This document shows, piece by piece, positions 38,301 through 52,263 of a stretch of 64,000 nt of DNA (position 1 is its first letter; each line of letters starts with the position of its first letter). The stretch lies in NCBI GenBank assembly GCA_951406725.2, contig OX597819.1, positions 45,694,001 to 45,758,000 on the forward strand. The letters run 5' to 3'. The notes below the pieces were generated by a model. That model was not told where the DNA came from, did no database searches, and saw nothing but the letters and a program-made list of their open reading frames with translations. This DNA is from Octopus vulgaris. Its lineage: Eukaryota. The translations under genes were made by a program, and so were the position numbers.

Positions 38301-39056
38301 AACCTTCACCGAATAGTTGTTATTTTGATCGAACTTCCCTTCTGAGCTCCAGATCCTTTTGCCCAAGTATAGAGTAGTCAATCTACGTTGTCTAATCAGT
38401 TCTTTCCTCCGACAAAATATAACGCACTGTACTATTTGATGGAAAATTAGCAGCTATTTCTAGCTTTTCGAAAGACTGCATAGAGCCACGTTGTAGTGGA
38501 CTGAGATATTATAAAGTTATTTCAAGTAGTAAAAGTAGAGGTGATTTAGTTTTGAGCATCTTAGATTGTATATGCCACTGTGTTCTTAGCATTCAAACAA
38601 GCTAGTACATTAAGCGATAGAAAAAACACACTAGACTTAATAAACATAATACTACACCGCACTTAATAAACGAAATCAATGCATAAGATGTATTAATACA
38701 TGATCTAAATGCCCACCAGTCATAAAGCCACTGATTAAACAAATTCATATAATAAAATACAAGATGCATTGTGCCTAATCTGAAAACAACACTAATAATA
38801 TATTACTGTATATAAACCAAAAGCCACCAAGTCTGTTGAAATGCTGCGAATGACCAATGAGATGTATACCATAGGTTTTAAATTTGAAAATTGTGAGTAT
38901 AAATTTTACATTGGTCAAACAAGCGCAGAGCCTTCTGTCTGGTTTATTATGCATATGCAATAATAAGCAATAGTAATGCATTCAATCACAAAATAGAACG
39001 CTACTCGAATAACTAACACTATCAACTTTTTTAAAATAGCTCGGAAAAGTATTACG

Positions 39057-39428
39057 TCTTTACTTGATTCAGTCATTTGACTGTGGTCAAGCAGGAGCAC
39101 CGCCTTTAGTCGAGCAAATCGACCCCAGGACTTATTCTTTGTAAGCCTAGTACTTATTTCTATCTGCTTCTTTTGCCGAAGCGCTAAATTACGGGGACGT
39201 AAACACACCAGCATCGGTTGTCAAGCGATGTTGGGGGGACAAACACACACACACACAAATATATATATATATACATATACATACATACGAGGGGCTTCTT
39301 TCAGTTTCTGTCTACCAAATCCACTCACAAGTCTTTGGTTGGCCCGAGGCTATAGTAGAACAGTGGGACTGAACCCGGAACCATGTGATTGGTAAGCAAG
39401 CTACTTACCACACAGTCGCTCCTGCGCC
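39057..39428 (-). mobile_element. SINE S1 with small internal deletion
   Basis: Ends cctgcgcc; lacks the gacacttgcccaaggtgccacg segment. Confidence 0.9.
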
Positions 39429-39493
39429 TATTGACTACACAATATAAATTAAACATCAATAAATCATTAACGCATATTATTAGTAAAAAGAAA

Positions 39494-39690
39494 CGGCGGC
39501 TTGCAGCCAGAATTGTCACCGCCGAATAAAATGCTTGACGGTACTTCTTCCGGCACTTCACGTTCCGAGTTCAAATGCCGCCGTGGTCAACTTCGCGTTT
39601 TATCCTTTGGGGCCGGATGAGCATTGGTGGTCGATGTAATCATCTTCCCTGTCATTAAAATTTACTTGCTTTATACGATAATCTACTACA
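39494..39690 (+). mobile_element. SINE S2, diverged
   Basis: cgttccgagttcaaatgccgccgtggtcaacttcg. Confidence 0.65.
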
Positions 39691-39860
39691 ATAAAACCCT
39701 TGTGTTTTTCTCCGTCACAGTATATGACTGAGAAAGGAAGGGATGATGGCAAACTTGGTAGAGGGATGATGGAAATTGTATGGTGAAAGAAAAAAATCAA
39801 ACAGCGTTTCAGCTCTGTGTGAGTGTATGTGTGTATGTAAAAGGGAGGTATGTGAATGTG

Positions 39861-39911
<51 letters not shown>

Positions 39912-41629
39912 GTGTGTGTGTCTGCAATGGAATTGGGATGGTGAACATTCAACGCTGAAAAAAATTGAAACAGCGTTTCAATTCTGGGTGAGTACATGTG
40001 TGTATGTGAGTGCGTGTACAAGGGAAATAGGTGAATGTTTATATGTATGAAGCAGCATTTTTTAAGTAATTAACGATGATTGATGTCACATCTCAAAATA
40101 CAACCACTAGATAAACATTGCAAAGTGTATTAATTTGAATTACCATCCATATTTTATGTTTTGTCCTCGTTTATATACAAAATACCACTATTAGCCACCA
40201 TTTTTTACGTCACGGGGCTAGCTAGTTAGAAATGATTAATAAAGAAAAAACATTTCCTCATTGATGAAAGACATTTAGATTCAGTATGGACAGTTCAAAT
40301 AGAGGGACACCGCGAAAATTCTACTGCGCGATATCATTAATACAATGGCAATAATGCGAGTTACCATGAATCTCTACAGCTAGGTGATAGGACGGTGAGT
40401 TTCCGGAGACTTACTTTGACAAGGTAGGAAATTATATTGTTCCAAAACAAACTGTAAAATTGTAAATGACATATGAATGTGAACGTGAAAAATACTTTTT
40501 AGATAGATAAATGCTCTTTTAAATTTAACATGTTCAAAAGATGAGATTTTTCCACACTCTCTCCCTTCTCATATATGCACACACGCGCACGCGCGCACAT
40601 ACACACATTTTCCATACTTAATTTTTTTTTCTTTTCACGATCTCTTTTGATCGGAGTTCGACCTCTTCTTTTTTTTTCTTTCGTCATATTCCCAAAAAGA
40701 AAAGCACTACTTCGTATTTTGTCCCTTCTGTGTTCAGCCCTACGTGGCCAATAAAGAAATCTATATGTGTGCGTAATATCGTGCAAAATGCGTTGTATAA
40801 CCAGTATAACTATATCATTGTTCTCCATGTTTATATACACCCTGCTCCATTTTTCATCTGTATGTTGTGGAAACAACAGCAATCTATGGATGAAACTTAA
40901 TTCCAGTACTGAGTTCTTCACTTCAGATACAGGCAGATGGAATTAACGCTCTTTAATCCAAATTACAACGATTGTTTCCGTGCATTGGCATCACATGTTT
41001 GTTGCTGAACGCATCATATATTACACATATTATACATAACTATGATGGCATATGGTAGCCAATAACTTTAGAGGTGCTTTGGATTGTACGTTAGAAGGTT
41101 ATTACCTAGATGATATTAAATCCATATATGTATGTATACACACACACACACACACTCATATATATATATATATCAGCTATACTGTAATTTATTCAATTAA
41201 TGCGTTATGTATCTCACGCATTTGCAATTATTCATTATTAACATCAGTAGGTTTGGAATTCATTAATTTGAGACATCCAACAATAAAACGGTCTTTACCT
41301 GAATTTCCTTCGCTAATTTCATTAGCGGAGTATACTGAGGTGGTAACGTGGTTACGGGATTATCAACGGCGTGCGTTAACCAAACTTTAATGAGGTAATC
41401 CTCTTGTTGGTTTTTATAAGCAGAACCGGGAAATCATTTCTCATATATGTACGAGTCCTAGGATTTATACATGGCAAACAGGAATCATAAATATTGCAGA
41501 TTCACAGAAACGCAATGATGCAATAATCAGTCGCAGGTACACGCATATGCACATGCTCGTACCTTTGAAATATGCATGCATATATTCATACATACATATA
41601 TACAGACAGATATCTTGCTTGTTAGATCA

Positions 41630-42075
<446 letters not shown>

Positions 42076-42459
42076 ACAGAGCCCATTAGATACAAACCCA
42101 CAATTACACACGCAAACACGCTCACAAATACACTTATACACTCTCTAATGGCATACAATATCTTTTGAAGACTCTGCAGTGCAACATGTGATATAAAAAA
42201 TGTTCTTAGTCTAACTCTGAAGGAATGGTCTTATGGTGCTGAATGTTTTACGACTTCAAGTTAAATTTATGAGAGCCAATATCTGTAAATTATACTTCTC
42301 TAACTCTCGGATGATATATCTTGTATATATAATATTTTCTTTATATTCCGATTCAAATGTTCAAAGCAGCAAATACACGAAAATCAAACACTATGAGACT
42401 AATATGTATATATGTGTCTGAAGGTCTCTGTAGGATATCTATACACACACACACACACA

Positions 42460-42491
<32 letters not shown>

Positions 42492-42538
42492 TACACACAC
42501 ACACTCACACATATATATATATACATATATATATATAC

Positions 42539-42569
<31 letters not shown>

Positions 42570-42589
42570 CATAGAGACATGCATAAATG

Positions 42590-42632
<43 letters not shown>

Positions 42633-42759
42633 ATATATATCCATACACATATTTATGCATATATATGTGTGTGTATACTTATCTGTATTTATCTTTACTC
42701 CTATTTCTTGCTCTTACTCATTTTTCCTCTCTTTCTCTCTCCCTCTTTCAGCTAATACA

Positions 42760-42911
<152 letters not shown>

Positions 42912-43226
42912 TATATCATTAAGAAAATCAAATCAAACGAAACTATTCAAAGACTGTTTCGGCAGTTATGGGAAACATCCGCTTTCATATTCTGTATTTA
43001 ATGGTTTGGCGTTTAAAACATGTGTTCCAAAATACGCTAATTTACATTTCAACAGTATTGTCCGAATGTTTTCTTACATTTATCACGAGGATTTGTGCGA
43101 GGATATGTGTTTCTTAGTAAATCACAGAAAGTTTGGCTCTCTATGTAGAATAAATTTAAAAACAGCTAGTTCGACGCTTTAACCGCAAATACATGGCATA
43201 AGTTCTTGTCAATAATACGCAGCTCA

Positions 43227-43318
43227 AAGGCGGCGAGATGGCAGATTCGTTACAGCGCTGGGCGAAATGCTTAGCGATATTTCATCCGCATTCACGTTCT
43301 GAGTTCAAATTCCGCCGT
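43227..43318 (+). mobile_element. SINE S2 head, followed by (TATG)n
   Basis: aaggcggcgagatggcaga..gttctgagttcaaattccgcc. Confidence 0.8.
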
Positions 43319-43457
43319 GTATGTATGTATGTATGTATGTATGTATGTATGTATGTATGTATGTATGTATGTATGTACGTACGTATGTATGTATGTATGT
43401 ATGTATGTATGTATGTATGTATGTATGTATGTATGTATGTATGTATGTATGTATGTG

Positions 43458-43722
43458 TGAAAGAAGGCTTGATAATGCAAAGGTGTTTTAGAGATGTTTA
43501 TTGACTTGACCGGTTTCACTTTTTAAGAAGATTATCAGAAGTAAAATGTAAAGCTTTGTATAAGCTCTGTTGTGTTAAGCACTGGTTATCACAAAAGTAT
43601 TAAAATACAGTTATATAGTATTTGATAAATAAGAAAATGTTAAAAACAGTTTACAAGAAAGTATTCAAGAAAGAGACTAGAATAAGTATTTTGAGTTCAA
43701 TAAAAATCATGTTTGTTTGGTA

Positions 43723-43772
<50 letters not shown>

Positions 43773-44058
43773 TGAAGGAAATATATTTAAGAATTTACAA
43801 AAAAATGGAGAGGAATAACTGACCTGTCTGTCTGACATTTTCTGTCTAGTGCGTAGCTACTTTCTTGTAAACTGTTTTTGACATTTTGTTATCATTATCA
43901 AATCTGTATAACCGTATTTTAATACTTTTTGGATAACCAGTACTTAACAGAACAAAGCTTTACATTTTACTTTTGATAATCTTTTTTTCTAAAATAGTGA
44001 AACCGGTCAAGTCAATAAACATCTCTAAAAGACCTTTGGATTTTCGAAGCTTCTTTCA
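43458..44058. repeat. inverted pair of about 200-bp hammerhead-bearing elements (43458-43663 minus, 43858-44058 plus)
   Basis: Arms align as reverse complements; each has ACTT-(C/T)TGATAA..GAAA-CCGG-TC-AAGT (43504-43542 minus; 43969-44012 plus). Confidence 0.88.
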
Positions 44059-44150
44059 TATATATTCTCACTCGTGCGGTACCTTACGACTTTACTTTGT
44101 TATACATAAATATATACATACATAAATACATGCATATATATATTTATTTA

Positions 44151-44207
<57 letters not shown>

Positions 44208-44211
<4 letters not shown>

Positions 44212-44431
44212 TTTTATTCTTTTACTTGTTTCAGTAATTTGACTGCAGCCATGCTGGGGCCCCTCATTTAGTGTCAAGCAAATCGACCCCAGGACTTATT
44301 CTTTGTAGGCCTAGTATTGATACTATCGATTTCTTTAGCCGAACCGCTTAGTTACGGGAACGTAGTCACACCAGCATCAGTAGTCAAGCGATGTTGGGGG
44401 GATAATTATAGACACACACACACATGCGTAC

Positions 44432-44482
<51 letters not shown>

Positions 44483-44973
44483 AAATGGGACAAGCACGCT
44501 AAACATCCAGACAGTTAGGTGAAACAAGAAAGGGACTATAAAACATCTAGATAGACGATACAAAAAAACAATGGTCATTCGGAGTTTTCTTTCCTCAGTC
44601 GAGTTCTAGATAATCTTTGCAATTTCAGCTGGTTATACTCGAGATTGCTCCAATATGGCCAGCCCCAAGGGAAAACTAAGCTAAGAGCATTACATTCCTT
44701 GGAAGAAAGCAGCGAATGTATACGAAAGCAAGGACGGAAAAACGGAGTAAGTTACACAAATACAAATAACAGGACATAACAACAGACCAGATTGGAGCAA
44801 TCTCGAGTATAACCAGCCGAAATTCCAAAGATAATCTGGAGCTCGACTGAGAAAAGAAAACTCCGAATGAGCCGTCCTTGTTTTCTGTGTATCGTCTCTC
44901 TGGATGTTTTGTTGTCCGTTTCTTGTATCACGTAATTCACGCGATGTTTTGCGTTCTTGTCCCATTTTGTACG

Positions 44974-45038
<65 letters not shown>

Positions 45039-45253
45039 CGGCGTACGTACGCTTTGGTCTTTTATATGAATGTATATATGTATATATATATATACATACG
45101 ACGAGCTTCTTTCAGTTTCCCTCTTCCAAATCCACTCACAAGGCTTTGGTCGGCTCGAGGCTATATTAAAAGACACTTGCCCGAGGTGCCGCGCAGTGGG
45201 ACTGACTCCGGAACCATGTGACTGGTAAGAAAACTACTCACCACATGGCCACT
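44208..45253 (-). mobile_element. SINE S1 split by an inverted-pair insertion in its central microsatellite
   Basis: 3' half 44208-44420 and 5' half 45095-45253 are colinear with S1. Confidence 0.82.
44480..44970. repeat. outward-facing inverted pair (44480-44658 / 44787-44970) between (TA)n arrays
   Basis: acaaaatgggacaag..gttatactcgagattgctccaat vs attggagcaatctcgagtataac..cttgtcccattttgt. Confidence 0.9.
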
Positions 45254-45639
45254 TCTATATAAACGTATAGCATAGAAGGAATGTTGGGAATAAGCGACGG
45301 ACGTTTGGACAAATGTTATAGGTTACAAAGTGCAGACAAAATATCGAAAGTTAGACAAAATATATACTAACATGCAAGATATGTATAAATCGTGCGCAGT
45401 GAACTGCACGCTAATGAAAAGAAAACGAAAAATGCCTAGGCTAACACTCAGAAAGAAATAGGAACGAGAAAAGAAACAAGGGAAGAAGTTATATCTGTTT
45501 AAACCACAAGAGTACGTTTCGACTACAAACACTATAAACACATATGTGAGCGTACGTGCGTGTTTGTGTGGGCGGGGGTTGAATAGGTGTGTGCTGATAT
45601 ATGTTTAAAAAGGATTGTTGATACAGTCAAAATATTTGA

Positions 45640-46709
45640 AGGAAGATATTAATCCACACATTATTAATAATATAAAAATATCCTAAAAAATATAAGAAAA
45701 TGACACACCTTTTGGAAAGAAATTTCCGTATTGTGTAAACACTTTAGCTGTTTACAGTCTTTCAAACATTTGTGTTACGGGAAAACCGTAGAATGGCATT
45801 TATTTTTAGGATTGATGTTTACTATCTCCGGTTGTTTTTGAATTTAGAATTCTTATAACGTGATCTTCTTTTGCCTTTCGTAGTTCAGGATTTCGTATTA
45901 TTTTGAAACAAGCAATTATTTTGGATTTTTCATTCGGATCATTAATTGTTGCTTATGTATCCTGACCCAATATACTAGATTTTATCATGCTTAAACGATA
46001 AAATTCTCATTACATTTTGGTTACCCGGTGCACTAAATGTGATTCTTTTTTTGTCTTGTATTTCATTTTTGCCCTCAAGATCCTGAGTCTTTTGTTTCTG
46101 CCTATTTCGTACGTGTCACAATGAAGATCTATGCATTTTCATCCCTCCGTTATTTATTCTGATGTGAATTTTGCCATTGTAAACACTCTCTTAAAATTTC
46201 GTGGCGATCTTCAGTGATTCTTGAATTATTTCTCTGGGATTTGATGATTATTGAAGGATTGGTAAGTATCGTTGAACCGAAAATAAAATGTTGTTTCATA
46301 GTATTATGGGCGACTACAAATGGACAATTTATGCCTTTAATTTTGTCTTCACCCTCATTGTGAGTGGATCTTCGTACGAAATATACTGGGTTCTTTTTTT
46401 CCCTTCGTCAGATAATGATTTAATTCATTTTGCGTGTATTTTCGTTCCTGAAGGATATTTCTTTTGGTTTTAACATGGTGTATCTTGTCTATGTGTGTCC
46501 GCGACTATTGACTATATATATTTTTGCAATGTTAAATTAGTGGTTCCCTTTAATAAGGGATAGGCAACACGATCTAAAACTGGTGTTCGTCTTTGTACTT
46601 GTAATAAAGATCGGCTGTTAAAGTTTCATTTTCTTTAATTATCAGAATGTCTAACAAAAGACGTTTTCCTACCCTTCATACTCATTATGAATTGGATCGA
46701 CTCATGAAT

Positions 46710-46747
<38 letters not shown>

Positions 46748-47165
46748 TTTCTTTCTCTCTTTTACTTGTTTCAATCATCTGACTGTGGCCATCCTGGAGC
46801 ACCACCTTTAGTCGAGCACATCGACCCCAGGACTTATTCTTTGTAAGCCTAGTACTTATTCTATCGGTCACTTTTGCCGAACTGCTAAGTTACGGGGACG
46901 TAAACACACCAGCATATATACGACGGGCTTCTTTCAGTTTTCGTCTACCAAATCCACTCATAAGGCTTTGGTCGGCCCGAGGCTATAGTAGAAGACACTT
47001 GCCAAAAGTGCCACGCAATGGGACTGAACCCGGAACCATGTGGTTGTTAAGCAAGCTACTTACCACACAGCCACTCCTACGCTTCTGTAATGTCTTACTT
47101 CTGTTTCAAAATATGAGCCAGTCGTCCTAAGACCCAATTTTCTTTTAAATAAAATTTGTAATGCT
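45640..47165 (-). mobile_element. decayed Penelope-like retroelement ORF (RT motifs 5-7, thumb, GIY-YIG region), interrupted by SINE S1
   Basis: Minus strand with frameshifts: ENWVL/DDWLIF*NRS (about 47090-47145), SIHESIQFIM, LLDILIIKENETLTADLYYK, FNIAK, PFVVAHN, YIG, MPFY, in the order expected for PLE ORFs. Confidence 0.72.
46745..47082 (-). mobile_element. SINE S1 lacking the central microsatellite segment
   Basis: aaacacaccagcat joined directly to atatacgacgggcttc. Confidence 0.92.
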
Positions 47166-47219
47166 GATTAAAAGTAATGCCAGAGCTTGAACTAATTAAT
47201 AATTGGAAGTTGCATACAA

Positions 47220-48396
47220 CCGCGTGGATTCGTGGTTAGAGTATTCGACTCACGACCATCAGGTCGTGAGTTCTATTCCCGGTAGCGCGTGGTCTCCTTG
47301 CGCAATACACTTTATTTGATGTTGCTCCATTTCATTCACCTGGTAAATGGATTTGGTAGACGGAAACTGAAAGAAGCCCGTCGTATATATATGTATGTGT
47401 GTGTGTGTGTTTGTCCCCCAACATCGCTTGAGAACCGATGCCGGTGTGTTTACGCCTCCGTAACTTAGCGGTTCGGCAAAAGTGACCAATAGAATAAGTA
47501 CGGGGAAACGCTCACAGCCTCTAACAATATCAGAGACCTGGGTGTAATTGTTGATGACGATCTCAGCTGGAGTGCACACATCAACAAGAAGGTCGATATA
47601 GCTCGTAGGATGAGTTCCTGGATCTTAAGAACTTTCCGGTCCAGAGAACAAGGTGTCATCATACCACTTTTTTCCTCCTTTGTACGGCTACACCTTGAAT
47701 ACTGCTGCCCACTGTGGTCTCCTCACACAAGACAAAACATCTCCAGAATTGAGTCACCCCAGAGGGCTCTCACTAAACAAATTGAAGGCATGGCTGCTCT
47801 CGATTATTGGGATCGCCTTAAAGCCTTGAAACTTTACTCCCTCCAGCGTCGCCGTGAGCGGTACATTATTTGTACGATGTGGAAAATATACCGCCAACTT
47901 TGCCCAAACGACCTAAACATTAGCTTCAAGGTTCATCCAAGACTTGGACCACGGGCTATACGTCCCCTGCCAAATTCAAGATCCCAACATACACGTACAC
48001 TGCAACATAATTTCTTTTCCTCAACAGGCCCTGCCCTATTTAACATTGTCCCGAAGGAGATCAAAGAGGAAAAGGATCCCATCAACTTCAAACAGAGTAT
48101 GGATAGATTCCTTCAAAGAATACCAGATAAGCCACCCATAATTGGATACAACTCACCCAACAAGAACTCACTACTTGAACAAAACTTGACTTAAACAGGA
48201 TTCGAATAATCCTATCAGGTGGTGCTATTAAGTTAGACATGGCCTGGACCAATCTCTGGTCGAAACATATCTAAGTTTTATCTAAGTTTTACTAGGCTTA
48301 CAAAGAATAAGTCCTGGAGCCGATTTGCTCGACGAAAGGCGGTGCTCCAGAATGGCCACAGTCAAATGACTGAAACAAGTAAAAGAGTAAAAAAGA

Positions 48397-48398
<2 letters not shown>
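47220..48398 (+). mobile_element. chimeric SINE (S3-type head, S1 body) interrupted by a CR1-type LINE
   Basis: S1 consensus agaataagtactaggcttacaaag is split at 47501/48290. Confidence 0.8.
47502..48290 (+). mobile_element. 5'-truncated CR1-group LINE, uninterrupted ORF2 C-terminus (47502-48194) and 3' UTR
   Basis: RDLGVIVDDDLSWSAHI..LEYCCPLWSPH..IESPQRALTK..YWDRLKALKLYSLQRRRERY; 3' stem-loop GACCA-atctc-TGGTC and tandem tail (ATCTAAGTTTT)x2. Confidence 0.93.
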
Positions 48399-48448
<50 letters not shown>

Positions 48449-48478
48449 GCACACAATATATTATAATATTATATATAC

Positions 48479-48518
<40 letters not shown>

Positions 48519-49134
48519 ATACATAGCTTGATAGCTACCCAACTATAGATATAGATATACAGAAATATAGGTATATATATAATACATTTATGTGTCTATG
48601 TGTGTATGTATGTATATATATATATCTGTATGTTTGTGCATGTGTGAGTCTGTGCAACATTTGTAGCTATTATGGTCTATGATCATGAATACCCCTTTAT
48701 CATACACATTACCATCAAGCTTCTAAATATCTGTCATGCCACTGGATGATAATTGGTGTACTGGTTGACCTGCTGTGGAGCGTGTTACGGTTCCAGACCA
48801 TTGCATTTGTCACTTAGACCTCAAGAACATTCAACGCATGCAACGCATTTGAATCAAAGGAGCTATGCTTCCGTAGCGAATTAACTACAATGTGTACATG
48901 TCTGCGTGTGTGAGTGTTGTGTACGTGTTTGTGTGTGCATGTGTATGTGTTGTGTGTGAGTGTTTTGTGTGTGAGTGTGTGTATGAGTGTGTGCTAGAAA
49001 TATCAAAACACCGCCACAACTAGACATACAAATATGCTGAAAAATTCACACGAATGCACGCCCCCACACATATGAGCGCCCAAATACTTCCAACTGCGTT
49101 ACATCCATACATGCAGAAACATGAACAAAGACGC

Positions 49135-49458
<324 letters not shown>

Positions 49459-50277
49459 TTTACACAAACACCCACGAAGGTATATACAGAGATTTGAGAA
49501 AAATATTAGTCGATAGTTGCCCGTGTTGTGTTTATGTGAGTTTGCAAATAGTTTTTAGGGATATGCTCGTATACATCTCTATCAGCTGGAAACGCTGCCT
49601 TCAAAAACCAACATCTTCGAACACTAGTAGTAACATCCCCAGCAGGAATATTCCTTTTTGAACCTTAAGTCTACGCGGCTACTATGCTATGCCCATTATT
49701 TCAATCGTCATCATCATCACCAGTACAAGCACCTGCATTACCACTATCTAATTAATGCATAACTCCTCATAAAATTTACATTCTCATCTACTCTGATCTT
49801 TTTTTTTATTACTTTCCTCCCTTTGGTATCTATTAACTAGCTGTTCTTGTGTATCAAGATTTTGTTTATTTGTTTTCTGTCTTTTTTTTTATTTCTTGGT
49901 GGCCCTCTCGTCATGTTTGTAATGGCGGCGCGACGAGCTATGAGAGTACTAGAAATGGTATTGATGCTCCCGATGTTGCTGCTGATGCAGTAGGGAAAGA
50001 TGCTTTTTTTTCTTTTCTCTAATATGGAATATTTTCTTTTCCATTTTATTTGTACAGTTGCATCTGTTTCTATTCTGTTTGTTGTTTATGCTTTAGATTT
50101 CGTTTCATGACGACTGTTTCGTTCCACTTACTTCGCTCTTACCATTAGGAAATATTTGAACGACTTCACACAGCTGAAGCATTTCCTCTGATGTCAAAAC
50201 GACTAATTCCCCATTGATACATACCATTACTTATGAACCTTCAATCAGAACATGCAGAAATCTAAAGTTCAACTATA

Positions 50278-50326
<49 letters not shown>

Positions 50327-51029
50327 TATCTACCGTTAGTGTGGTATGAATAGCAATTATACTAATCGGTATATGTAGGTATGACAGGGCAGTTGAGCAA
50401 GTGTTATTACAGACTGGAAATTAGCTAGGAGATGGCTGGTTCGCATCGTATCATCATGAAGGATTAATTTCTCTAGCCAAGACTCTTGTAAATTTAACAG
50501 TTCACTTAAATGAGTTTAGAAACTCGTAGATAAAACATTGGATCTGTAAAGCTGCTAATTGTTTCGTTATCTTGTTGTGTTGAGCACAAAAAATACGTTT
50601 GTTATTATGTCTAGGCAAAGTTGAATTCTACCAAACTATAGATAGCCTTGTTTATTGTAACTGAAAACTCACATATTTGCATGAGTATCAAAAATAATTA
50701 AGTGAACAAAATATCGGAAAGTCAGTAGTGTGATATCAGTATATATAATTAAAACGAACTTAGCATTCATTGTGAACCAAGTTGGGCCATGTGTATAGAA
50801 ATTTGAACACAACTGTATATGAACCAGCTCCATCGTAAACTTGCATCAGTTACATAAGTTTTGCAAGAGCAAAAAGATAAAGTCTCCTCGTGAAAAACGA
50901 AGCATAAACCTGTATGTTTCTAAGTAAATTTCAGATGACTAACAATGGTTTAGTAAATCATATGCTAACACATGAGTTATAAACTTCAGGAATCGAACAT
51001 ATATTCATCACAAATCCTCACTGACTGAC

Positions 51030-51254
51030 GATTTATCTACATCAAGGCGCAGTTGCTACATTCTAACTGCCCCCGCGATAAGTGAAAATCAGCGAAGTAG
51101 AAACAGTATTGTATGGCATATTTTTTTAATTATTTTTATAATTTGTATGTATTTATCTTATTATAAATGCAAAACAATACCACGGAGAAATCGACGAAAG
51201 CTTAAATAATAAGGCGTGATTGGTGAACCGCATTATGGCGAGGGATTAACGTAT
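51030..51254. mobile_element. decayed pogo/Tigger-like MITE
   Basis: Right end gaaccgcattatggcgagggattaacg-TA and internal cccgcgataagtgaaaatcagcgaagt resemble this class; left TIR eroded. Confidence 0.45.
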
Positions 51255-51824
51255 ATAGAAAAATGAAAACAAATTTAGTCTTTAAAGTTGTATTGATAAT
51301 AAAATTTCAGAAGAAATTACCGTAGCATCGCAATCTACTAACCAAAAAGGGAACATTTTTCTGGTTGGCTTCCTCATTAAAAAAAGTAACAGCTAAATAA
51401 ATCTCTTTTGTTCATTGACGATATTTTTTCTTGGATTACGAAAGTATAAACTTGGAAAGGACGTGATATTTAAGCGACAAATCTAAGAGAGCCTATACTT
51501 CTTGCTAATATTCGTCTCATACTCTAGTTTATGTGAAACGTACCTGTGTATAAACGTGTCGAGGTACGCTAGACCAGCAATTTGGAGGTCGCTTATGAGG
51601 TCATCAGAAAGGAAATATTTCTCGAGGAGATTAATGCTGAACAGTAGTACATTCTCTTTACTTGAGGTAACACGTATGATGTTTTTCCTTCTTTCTTCCT
51701 TTTTTTCGAAGACACATTGAATTCGACCAGTTCGCTTAAACGAGTTTAAAAATTTGTTGGTCTAACAATGGATCTGTGAAGCAGTTAATTGTCTCATTAG
51801 CTTGCTTTACGGAATTGAGAACCC

Positions 51825-51868
<44 letters not shown>

Positions 51869-52263
51869 TTGATGAGTAGCGAAAATGACTATGTAGTCTA
51901 AGTACCGGAAAGCCAGCTAAGCGCTATCAGTAAATATAATAAAAACACTTGATTGCTGTCTTTTCTGATTTGATGCCTCTTCTCCGATTGTCAACTGTTC
52001 CGGTGAAAAATTCTAATTGAAGTCAGAATCTTGTGACTATGGAAGATATATATTCTATATACTAGTCATTATCCCAAGCGTCTGCATCAATCTTGGCACG
52101 ATAAATGCATTGTGTAATATTGTTTGATATAATAGGAAAGCTTCAGCTGCTAGTGTTTAAATTTTGGTATAATATTCTTTGTCAATCAATCTATCATTGT
52201 TCACATTATCTGATATGCTTCCATTGATATCTAGGTATTTGTAGCAATCGATATCTAATATAG

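Noticed and set aside
39762-40038. Diverged duplication of about 100 bp around a (TG)n tract
   Set aside because: Real but low-complexity and most simply a local slippage duplication; no further structure seen.
40370-40400. Possible 15-nt micro-exon (ctacag|CTAGGTGATAGGACG|gtgagt)
   Set aside because: Weak polypyrimidine tract and no neighbouring exons; not supportable without transcripts.
48244-48270. CTG-GACCA..TGGTC-GAAAC as a hammerhead
   Set aside because: It lacks the ANGA core bases and is better explained as the LINE 3' recognition stem-loop.
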